A DNA stretch of 64,000 nucleotides from assembly GCF_030684315.1 (NCBI RefSeq), contig NC_081366.1:6510001-6574000 (forward strand), written 5' to 3'. The DNA is from Stegostoma tigrinum (Eukaryota). The position numbers were made by a program, and so were the translations under genes. The notes beneath the pieces were generated by a model that did not search any database, was not told where the DNA came from, and saw nothing but the letters and a program-made list of their open reading frames with translations. This document shows, in pieces, positions 49,444 through 60,149 of the stretch (position 1 is the first letter of the stretch; each line of letters starts with the position of its first letter).

Positions 49444-51221
49444 TGATGTGCTGAAAATTTTGTCAAACATTAAGATTGACAAGTCGCCAGGCCCGGACCA
49501 GATTTGTCCTCGGCTGCTTTGGGAAGTGAGAAATGCAATTGCTTCGCCACTTGCGAAGATCTTTGCATCCTCGCTCTCCACTGGAGTCGTACCTGAGGAC
49601 TGGAGAGAGGTAAATGTAACTCCTCTCTTCACGAAAGGAAATAGGGAAATCCCCGGCAATTACAGACCAGTAAGTCTCACATCTGTCGTCTGCAAGGTGT
49701 TAGAAAGTATTCTGAGGGATAGGATTTATGACCATCTGGAAGAGCATGGCTTGATCAAATGCAGTCAACACAGCTTTGTGAGGGGCACGTCATGCCTCAC
49801 AAACCTTATCGAGTTCTTTGAGGATGTGACTAGAAAAGTTGATGAGGGTCGAGCTGTGGATGTAGTGTATATGGACTTCAGTAAGGCATTTGATAAGGTT
49901 CCCGATGGTAAGCTCATTCAGAAGGTCAGGAGGAATGGGATACAGGGGAACTTAACTGCCTGGATACAGAATTGGCTGGCCAACAGAGGACGGCGAGTGG
50001 TAGTAGAGGGAAAATATTCTGCCTGGAAGTCAGTGGTGAGTGAGGTTCCACAGGGCGCTGTCCTTGGACCTCTACTGTTTGTAATTTTTATTAATGACTT
50101 GGATGAGGGGATTGAAGGATGGGTCAGCAAGTTTGCAGACAACACAAAGGTTTGAGGTGTCATTGACAGTATAGAGGGCTGTTGTAGGCTGCAGCAGGAC
50201 ATTGACAGGATGCAGCGATGGGCTGAGAGGTGGCAGATGGAGTTCAACCTGGATAAATGCGAGGTGATGCATTTTGGAAGGTCGAATTTAAAAGCTGAGT
50301 GCAGGATTAAGGATATGATTCTTGGCAGTGTGGAGGAACAGAGGGATCTTGGTGTGCAGATACATAGATCCCTTAAAATGGCCACCCAAGTGGACAGGGT
50401 TGTTAAGAAAGCATATGGTGTTTTGGCTTTCATTAACAGGGGTATTGAGTTTAAGAGTCGTGAGATCTTGTTGCAGCTCTATAAAACTTTGGTTAGACGG
50501 CACGTGGAATATTGCATCCAGTTCTGGTCGCCCTATTATAGGAAAGATGTGGATGCTTTGGAGAGGGTTCAGAGGAGGTTTACCAGGATGCTTCCTGGAC
50601 TGAAGGGCTTATCTTATGAAGAGAGGTTGACTGAGCTCGGTCTCTTTTCATTGGAGAAAAGGAGGAGGAGAGGGGACCTAACTGAGGTATACAAGATAAT
50701 GAGAAGCACAGATAGAGTTGATAGCCAGTTGATAACCAGTCAGCTTTTAAATTCGACCTTCCAAAATGCATCACCTCGCATTTATCCAGGTTGAACTCCA
50801 TCTGCCACCTCTCAGCCCATCGCTGCATCCTGTCAATGTCCTGCTGCAGCCTACAACAGCCCTCTATACTGTCAATGACACCTCAAACCTTTGTGTTGTC
50901 TGCAAACTTGCTGACCCATCCTATTATTTCCCAGGGCAGAAATGGCTAGCACGAGGGGTCATAGTTTTAAGCTGGGTGGAGGAAAGTATAGAGGGGATGT
51001 CAGAGGCGGGTCCTTTAAACAGAGAGTTGTGAGAGCATGGAATGCGTTGCCAGCAGCAGTTGTGGAAGCAAGGTCATTGGGGTCATTTAAGAGACTGCTG
51101 GACATGTATATGGTCACAGAAATTTGAGGGTGCATACATGAGGATCAATGGTCGGCACAACATTGTGGGCTGAAGGGCCTGTTCTGTGCTGTACTGTTCT
51201 ATGTTCTATGTTCTATGTTCT
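49444..51221 (+). mobile_element. Relatively young 5'-truncated CR1 LINE with an internal 183-bp inverted duplication
   Basis: RT motifs KSPGPD, PGNYRPVSLTS, YMDFSKAFDKV, PQGAVLGPLLF, FADN then a stop. It has a (GTTCTAT)n tail and is flanked by AACC (49440, 51222). Confidence 0.93.
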
Positions 51222-51450
51222 AACCGCATAAACCGCTCAAATGTGCCACAATTCGCTGTTCCATTCTACACTATATTTAGTTTTGTGGGAGCAATGAAGT
51301 AGGGCTATGAAGATCGCCCCCCACATTTCAGCTTCTGATTGGACAGTAGGGAGCTCTCACGTTCACGTTCATCAAGATACAGATGATTTCTTAACGGTGG
51401 ACCGATTTGGAAGATTTTTTATTTGCATTTCACATTTATGATTGCCCATT
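51222..51450 (-). promoter_or_regulatory. Orphan, partly decayed copy of the V6 promoter with no exon attached
   Basis: Aligns to 31733-31960 (GCTTCTGATTGGACAGTAGGGAGCTCTCACGTTCA). The second CCAAT is lost and TTCTTAAAGCT has become TTCTTAACGGT. Confidence 0.75.
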
Positions 51451-53487
51451 TAAAAATACAATCTTTTTATTTCATTCATAATTTTAGTTCTATTTGTTGA
51501 AACATTATTTGTGAGATCTTTTACAATGAATAACTAGATCAGGATTACCTTTGCTTCTACTAAGCACATTTCTGTAGACCCTACTTATTACATGAAACAT
51601 GGATTGCCTGGTGCTTCACTATTTAAATATACTTAACGGATTTTAACCATCCGATTTGTCAACATTTACTATTTATTATTTATTCATTCACAGTAGCAAC
51701 ATTTTAATACTCGATATCAGGATCACTTGAAGTTAAAAAAAGTTGTCAAATGTGTTTACAGCGAAATATTGTGGATGCTGGAGATCTGAATTAAAAGCCA
51801 AATGTGCGGGGTAACCTCAGCAGGTGTGGCAGAAGCTTCATAGAGAGGAACAGGGATAATGTTGTCAGTTTATATGGGTAGTTTGATGGAGAGTCATATT
51901 GGACTCAAAACACGAACGTTGTTTCTCTCTCGTCAGATGCAACCAGATCTGTTTCGTTTCTCTCACACATTTTGATTTTATTTAAATATAATTATAGTGG
52001 ATGATGCAAGATGGATTTTGGCTGACTTTGTATTCTTTATGGGGTTGGGGTAAAATATGGGAATTAACAGAGAGTGAGTTGTGTAGTGTTTGGGAAAACA
52101 GGCTTGGTGGATTTTGCATTCTAAATAGTGTGTAAATACAAGTTGTATCCCCTCAATTCATACTTTTACTCACTATGTATGCAATAGTGTGATTTACTGT
52201 TTACTGCATTATCTCTTACACAATGATATAATGAAGAAAGGACTTAAAATAATGTATAAACCATTAATTACTTCGATGTAATCTTGCAAATTATATTTTT
52301 ACAGCCATGAAGTGAATTATTTGCATGTACAACAGAGTTCCAGAGCCATCAAGATGATTCATTGATTTTACTCGAATTTCTGTCAGAGCCCTCAGCAACT
52401 TCTAATCTTCTTTGCTTGGATCTATTTCAAATCCAGACGCTATGTAATTACTTTGCACCCTTGGCTTGGGACTGCAATCCTGCTGTCAGTGAGCATGCTC
52501 CGTACTTGTGTTGTTACATCAAAGCTTAGAATCTTTACTGCACAGTTAAAACACAAATGAGTAGAGAGTTTAGGTAACGGATGAAGCACGGATAGAATAG
52601 TTATACTGAGTATTTTCCACAGGGAAGAACTGTCAAGGCTCGGGAACACAGGTTTAAGTCAAAAGGGGGTAAGTTTAAAGGAGGTGTGAGAATCAGGTTT
52701 TCAAGCAGAGGGTGGGATGTGCCTGGAATAAGCTATCAGAGAATCTGGTGGAGGCAGGCACGTTAATAACATTTCAGAGGCATCTTGACAGAGATGTGAA
52801 TAGTTAGGGAACAGAGGGATAGAGGCCATGTCGAGACAAAAGATTTTTCGTTTCAAACGGCACCATGTGTGGGCGCAGTCTTGGTGGGAGTCAAATGGCT
52901 TGGTAGTATGCTGTACTGTTCTTTGCTCTTTGTAGTGTCTACATGTTCAATACTTTAAAATGAGCAACTATACACCTAAATATAATATGAAAATGATATG
53001 AGCCACAGAACAATAGGTAAAAAATGGCTAAAGAACTTCTTGGAATTACACTTAATTACAGTAGAATCATATAGTTATACATCACTAGTACAGGCATTTC
53101 GATCCAACAATTCTACACTGATCAATATCACAAACTAAACTACTCCCATCTTCTTCTGGTTAGGACATCTGTCTGCTGACATTTCTTTTTCACTTCCGCA
53201 TCTCCTTTTCGAAGCATCTTTCAAACATTGCAACTGTACCAGCATCCAAAATTTCTTCTCAAAGTTCATTACAAATACAAACCACGCTCTGTGGTAAAAA
53301 GTCACCCATCATGTTTTTTAAAAAATCTTTCTCCTCTCACTCAAAGCTTTTCCCCATAGTTTAGAAATCCCCCACCCGAGGGAAAAGACACCTTCCATTT
53401 ACTCAATCCATATCCTCAAAATTTGTATAAGGTCACCCCTCTAACTCCAATGGTCCAGTGGAAAACAACATCGTCCAGCCTGTCCAG

Positions 53488-53587
53488 GATAACAAAGTGT
53501 GGAGCTGGGTGAACACAGCAGGCCAAGCAGCATCTTAGGAGCACAAAAGCTGACGTTTCACGCCTCGACCCTTCATCAGAAAAGCTA
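53488..53587 (-). mobile_element. 100-bp Penelope-derived insertion with hammerhead-like motif and 14-bp TSD
   Basis: TSD TCCAGCCT(G/A)TCCAG at 53474-53487 and 53588-53601. Minus strand reads CTGATGAAGGGTCGAGGCGTGAAACGTC. Confidence 0.75.
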
Positions 53588-54562
53588 TCCAGCCTATCCA
53601 GCTTCTCTTTATAATTCAAACTCTCCATTCCCAGCAACATCCTGGTGACTCACTTTTGAAACTTTTCCTGCTAAATAATACCCTTCTTATTGTAGAATAT
53701 AAACAAGAGCAGGTCAGAGGGCAAGAATACAATGGCGAGCAGCACAGCGCATGACCACCCTAAGCTGACCCACCATCTACAATACACAAGGCAGCAGTAC
53801 GAAAGAGGATTTCCCACTTGCCTGGATGGTGCAACCCTAACAGCACTGAAAAACAAAAATCTGGACATGATCCAGAAGAACAGCTATTGGTGTTATTTTC
53901 ACGAGAAACTGGACATCCAGCCAGCTGAGCGACCTGACAAACAAGAGAAGGTCAGAACCTATTAATTCTGGGTAGGAATCTCACCTTCTGACTTCACAGA
54001 CAAGTTCAAAATTTTTAAGGCGAAAGTTAGGACTGTGATGGACTGAGCGCCACTTGCCTGGGGGTGGGGGGGGGCATGTATTTCAAACAAAACTCAAGAT
54101 ATTTAATGCCAACGAAGACTAAACAACATATTTGACTGGAACACCACATAAAATCTTCAACATCCACTCCCTTCATTAGCAAAGCACAATACCAGCACTG
54201 TGCATGATCTATAAGATGCACTACAGCATCTCACCAACGCCTCTGAGACATCACTTGTAATAGCACTGCAAGTAGCAACTAGAAGGGCAAGAATAGGAGA
54301 TGCAAATTAAAAAAAATAACTTGACATGGCAGAGACTGACCTGGACTTAAAGGAAAACATGGTTCCAAAACTGTCATGGAGTTAAATCACTGGAGACCCC
54401 CCCTAAACCCAGGGTAAAAAAAAAAACACCATCACAGTTCAGGAAGGCAACTAGACACCATATTCTTGAGGAAGACTAGGTCCATGCAAAAGTGCTGGCC
54501 AAATGGTGATGCTGACATTGCTTGAAAGAATAAAAAAAATTCCCATTTTCGAAATTGCTCAC

Positions 54563-57007
54563 CTCATTGCGCAAAGTGTTGCTGACCTTCTCTGTGTGCA
54601 ACAACTCAGGGTCCTGTTTCTCCAAATAAACATGTGACTTACATCTGTTGGGGGTTATGAAGTCTCTCCTTGTTGACTGCAATGTTGAACATGACTCATA
54701 ACGGAAACTCTGAGAAAGTGGGTCACCACCGAATACCTCAACGTAACTTGAGGGGATCTGAAGGTTTCTACTGGCTTTTTGAATTCCATTCAGAGAATGC
54801 CCAGTTTCAATGCAACAACAAACTCCCAGGGAACAGTGCTGACCACACTGTGGATTCCTGCTTTTATGAACCTTCACAGCGAGAATAATTAAAATCACGA
54901 GAAAAATGGTAGAAATGCTTCCTAATACGATGACCAAGGAAAGGCTCAGATCAGGCCGAAACCCGGGTACTTCAGATGAACTATTGACTTTGGAAGACGT
55001 TAGAGCGTCATCACCAATTACAGTTAAGATAATAGTCACTGAGGCAGAAAGAGATGGTGATCCATTATCTTTTACCAGAATCACCAACCTTTGCTTCGAG
55101 GCATCTTTAGAAACGACACGACGGATTGTCCAAATTTCCCCAGTGTCTGGTGAAATAGTAAAAAGGTTATGCTGGGTAGCCTGAAAAATGGAATAAGAAA
55201 GACGAGCGTTCTGACCGGCATCAGCGTCAGTGGCGGATACCTTGGCAACCAAATAGCCTGGTTCCGCAAACCTGGATATTGTATCAACTGCTGTTGTCCC
55301 AAATTCGGCTAATGGCTGCACGATGACTGGAACGTTGTCATTTTGATCCAGGATAATCACATCCACTGAAACATTACTTGTCAATGATGGCGTCCCAAAG
55401 TCCAATACCTGAGCGTGAATCTGAAAGTTTTTCAGTTGCTCGTAGTCAAAAGATCTTTGAGCGAATATGACACCAGTGTGCGGGTTAATAGAGATGTAAT
55501 CGAATACCGAGGCGTTCAGAATTTGAGTCTCCAGAATGAAGTATTTCAGCTGAGCGTTCACTCCAACATCGCGATCAAAGGCGGTAATGGAAAGTATAGA
55601 AGCGCCAATATCATTATTTTCCATTATGTTTGCTGTAAATACAGGTTGACTGAATTGTGGCGCGTTGTCATTTACATCGGATACCTCCACCCGAATGCTT
55701 TTCTCAGACATAAGTGGAGGATTTCCGGCATCCGAACATGTTATTATAACGTCATACTTGGAGGTATTTTCACGATCCAGTGCACGATGAACAAGTATTC
55801 CGTAATAATTCTTTAAAGAAGTTTCCAGTTTAAATGGCAATTTATTTGAAATCTGACATTGTACTTGCCCGTTTGCGCCCGAATCTTTATCTGCCGCAGC
55901 GAACAGAGCGACTACAGTCCCAACTGCTACATTTTCCGAAATTGTACTTGATAAGGACGTCAACTTCACTTCTGGTGGGTTATCATTCACATCAATAATA
56001 TTTATCAAAATATCACAGTGCCCCGACATCGCGTCAGAACCCCCGTCTGTAGCCTGAATGTTTAGCTCAAAGACACTGGTTTGCTCATAGTCCAATGTCC
56101 GTTTTACTATAATTTCACCAGTTTTGGAATCCACGCCAAACATTTCCCGAACTCGAGCTGAAGTGTGGCTACCAAATGAGTAGATTATCTCTCCATTGGA
56201 CCCATCGTCCAAGTCAGTGGCATTTAGTCTGATTACCTGCGATCCTGTGGCTACATTCTCTAACAGACTGACTCTGTAAGGTGACTGGGAGAAGACGGGA
56301 GCATTGTCGTTTGCATCGTTTACAATTATTATAACTTGAACCTTGCCCGATCTCACGGGCACTCCGCCGTCCTTGGCTATCAACGTTAATTTGTGGCTGC
56401 TTTCCGCTTCTCTGTCCAAGGTACTCTGTAGCACTAGTACCGGGGATTTTACATTACCACTACGCAACTGTACATCGAGAATAAAATAATCGTTCGGAAG
56501 GAGCTCGTAGTTTTGTACGGAATTGGTTCCAACGTCCAGATCGTGCGCCGGTTCGAGTGGAAAGCGCGTTCCAGGAATAGAACGCTCTGACACTTCTAGG
56601 CGGAATTGTGTATTTGGGAAACTAGGAGCATTGTCATTTACATCGAGAATCTCCACTGCAACCTGGTACAGCTTTAAAGGGTTTTCAAGGAAAACATCGA
56701 AGCTTAGCACACAACTGAGGCTCGGTCCGCAAATCTCTTCTCTGTCAATTATTTTCGACACCAGTAAAATGCCAATGTCCAAATTTATATCCACGTATTG
56801 TGTGTTGGGTCCGGATACTATTCGCAAATTGCGAGCCGAGAGCTGCTTTACATTTAAGCTGAGATCCTCAGCGATATTCCCAACAAAGGCGCCGAGTTGC
56901 AGTTCTTCAGGAATTGAGTAACGAATCTCTCCAAACACTCGGTTCCAAGAAGAGTATATGCAGTACAAGAATTGGAATTTTAAAAACCAAAATATTTTAT
57001 ACCTCAT
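54563..57007 (-). CDS. Clustered protocadherin variable exon V9 (close paralog of V7/V8)
   Basis: ATG at 57007, six EC repeats, TM. Phase-0 donor AATGAG|GTGAGC at 54563; 815 codons, with an 8-aa cytoplasmic deletion relative to V7/V8. Confidence 0.95.
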
Positions 57008-57227
57008 TTCCAGAGTCAAACATTCCCTTTATTTCAGCATGTCCCCGCAGCATTAATTATTCTCTTTATAGTTCTGTCTTTTTTTGTATCGAAAGCAACT
57101 GCGACATAGCAAATACCTTGACGTCTCATGAATCGCTCCGCTTATAACATTTAATTGCTCTATTTTCTCTAAAATGTCCATTCGATTCGTGAACAAATCC
57201 TGCCGAGCTGCTTGCCATCCAATGTAA

Positions 57228-57402
57228 CTCAGTGTCTGATCAGACGTGATGGTGTCTGGGTAGTGAAGGGGCCGTCCGGATCCCGAACCACATTTCAAGT
57301 TCTGATTGGTGAAGAGCAGTCCGTTTAAATTCGTCCAATCAAATTATCGTTGATTTCTTAAAGCTGGGAGTTCTGGGGTGAGCGCAAATACTGTTGCACA
57401 AT
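57228..57402 (-). promoter_or_regulatory. Pcdh V9 promoter
   Basis: GTGATGGTGTCTGGG, GGATCCCG, ATTGG 57305, CCAAT 57335, TTCTTAAAGCT, TGTTGCACAA. Confidence 0.8.
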
Positions 57403-59044
57403 TAAAAATATTTTGAGCTGTATCATTCCTTCCCGCTCCCAAAGTTACAATATGCTACAAATGATGGAACAGGAAAAAAAAATCGGATGAGCCAACTGCC
57501 TCGTTTGTATTTCAGTTTTATTTGACTTCTTACTTCGTAGCGGTTCTTCTGTAAATGCATTCTCTAGCCAATTTAGGCGCTTCTCACACCAGGAGCACAA
57601 AACTATCTGATCGTTCTCTTCTATAATGAGACAATAGATATTACTATACCCTGATGTCCACTTTCATGCTCCGTAGAATTATCCAGTTTCACTTGTCATA
57701 ATTTCAATTCTCCCCATGATACACATAAAAAATCGTGAAAAAGTCTTCAAGCAGTTATTGTAGAAAATTGTGTGCAGAACCATTTATTCCCGCTCCAGGT
57801 CTTACACTCTGATCCAAGTTAAGTAGTGTGTTATTTTCAAGGTCACCTGTAGCTTTCAAGCGGAAGCATATTTCATTATATAGATGATTAGTCAGGATCG
57901 TATTGGATTGTGGTGCGAGTTTGAAAGTGCAACTGGCTGAGTTCTGGGCCTACTTTCTATATTTCAATATTTCTGCTTCAGTGTTTGATTTATATCATTT
58001 CCAGTTTGCTTACGTCTTGATACTGATCATGCATGGATTTTCTCATTTACTTTTCAAATTAAATAGTTTTCAGGCTGCACAAATACATGGAGAGGAAAGA
58101 TTCAGAGGGATATTGGTCAAGCACAGTTCAGTTGAGGAAACCTGGTCAGTATGGATGCATGTATTTTCACACAACTTTTCTCATTGTAAAGTGTCACCTG
58201 GAATACAAGGGTATTTCTTTCATTTCATGCACTGCCCACGTAATTCAGGCTCACTGATAAGTGTACTTACACGATTGCAGTATGCTCATATAATTCAGAA
58301 ATATTTTAAAAGCTAGGGATCCAAGAAATATTTCATAATTTCCATCTGTTGTGTTCTGGGAAAAGAGTATGCAGCGTTCTCTTTGCTCTTCCAACTCTGT
58401 TGTGGAATGTAAGCGTCTTACGAGGTCAAACATGCAAATATGATGTGGATGTTCAGGACTCTCTCTACGGCAACAGCGTAGGAGGTTCAGGTATGTGCTG
58501 TAAATTAAGATGCCATTTCCCATGATGTTAAATTCAGTTCAGCATATTCAAATAGTGAAGCAACAAAAAAGGCTAATGTAATTTAAGAGATCCCAGAGCT
58601 GTAAATATTTATTACCACTTCTTCTTTGGGTAACAGTTCCTAAATCAATCAAATTCTCCCGTGTCTTGGTTAAATGATCTGTCTTCTGCAACAAATCAAA
58701 TTCTCATACGATATGATGAACTGCTATCAACTATTTGAGGTCAACTTTAAAACCAAGTCTCATCTGTCATGTACTGAAATTTCTATTAAATGGTTTCGTT
58801 AATGATGTCAAAGGATCACACAATTTTTGCAATGCAGAAAGAGAAAATTCAGCTTATTGCATCTGCACTGTCTTTTTTATTTAGGGCAGCTCCATTACCT
58901 GATGATGATCTTCTGCATTTCCCTTACACTGCGCAAAATATTATTTAAAAAAGTTAATGCCTTCTTGAATGCCTCAACTGGAACTGCTTCTGCCACAATT
59001 TTTTGATTGGATTTCATTCGCTAACAATTAGCTGTATGATAATG

Positions 59045-59320
59045 TGCATAAGGTGCATTCAGATTTCCATTTCACTGAGATTTTTGCTTACAAATATACC
59101 TGCTCCCCGCGAAAACCTCACTAATTGCAGTAGCCTCAGAAATGCGCTGCAGTTCTCCATTCCATTCTCCTAAACTCAAACTTTAGCTTCTGATTGCTTC
59201 GTACTGAGCTCTCATATTCAACCGATCACCGAATAAAGGGCTTGTTTCAGATGGAATGACTTGGCAGATTATTTTTAGTTTCGATTAACATTTGTGATTG
59301 TGCAATTAAAAATGAGATCT
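59045..59320 (-). promoter_or_regulatory. Second orphan, heavily decayed copy of the V6 5'UTR and promoter
   Basis: Aligns to 31655-31965. ATTGG has become ATTGC (59193) and CCAAT has become CCGAT (59222); the G-rich tract is deleted; GGAATGACTTGGCAGAT is retained. Confidence 0.7.
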
Positions 59321-60149
59321 GTTTCCTTGTTTGTAGCTTTGGTTCCCTTTGCTGAAATATAGCTTGTGAGATGTTTATACAGTGAATGACTGGAGCAGGA
59401 TTACCTTCTCCTTCTCGCCAGTCCATTTCTTTAGACTCTATTTAACACACTTAACATGAACGTTTTGCTGCTTCACTATTTAAATATTCTTAACTAAATT
59501 TAACCATTGACTTGTCAACATTTGATATTCATTCGATGCTCACTCAGATTCTACGTTTTATGACTCAACAGGATCACTTGAAGTAAAGAAATGGTTGAAA
59601 ATTATGGTTACTGTAAAATAAAAGATAGAATATTGTGGATGCTGGAGATCCGAATTTAAAGCAAAGCGTACTTGAGAAACTCAGTAGGTATGGCAGAATT
59701 TCCGGCAAGAGAGACGAAATTATCGCTTTAAGTTTGTGTACAACGTATAATGGAGAGTCACAGTGGAATCAAAGCATGAAGTCTGATGCTCTCTCCTCGG
59801 TTGCAAACAGATCTGTTGAGTTTGTGTCATATATTTTTGATTTTATTTCAATGTACTTTAAGCACCTGGTGCAAGATGGATTCTGATTGACTTTGTGTTC
59901 TCGATAGTTTTGGGAAAAATGGGAGTGCAGAGAGAGTGGGGTGCACATAATGTGTGAGAAAACAGATCTGGTTAAATTTGTCTGTGGTTAGTGGAAATAC
60001 ACGATGAAGCCGTCAATTTATATTACTTCTCACCATGCATCCAACGGTGGGATTTACTGCTTACTGCATGAGACAGTACAGGACCATGTTGCGAATAATT
60101 GGAATAAGGCAATGCATGCACAATTAATTGCTTCAATGCAATTGGATAA

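Noticed and set aside
49337-50794. Functional reverse transcriptase gene
   Set aside because: It is a 5'-truncated CR1 with a mutated catalytic motif (FADN), a stop codon and an internal inversion.
6260-57147. Recurrent plus-strand ORFs antisense to the exons (e.g. ...PTKAPSCSSSGIE)
   Set aside because: They are shadows of conserved Pcdh codons, with variable starts and lengths and no independent coding signal.
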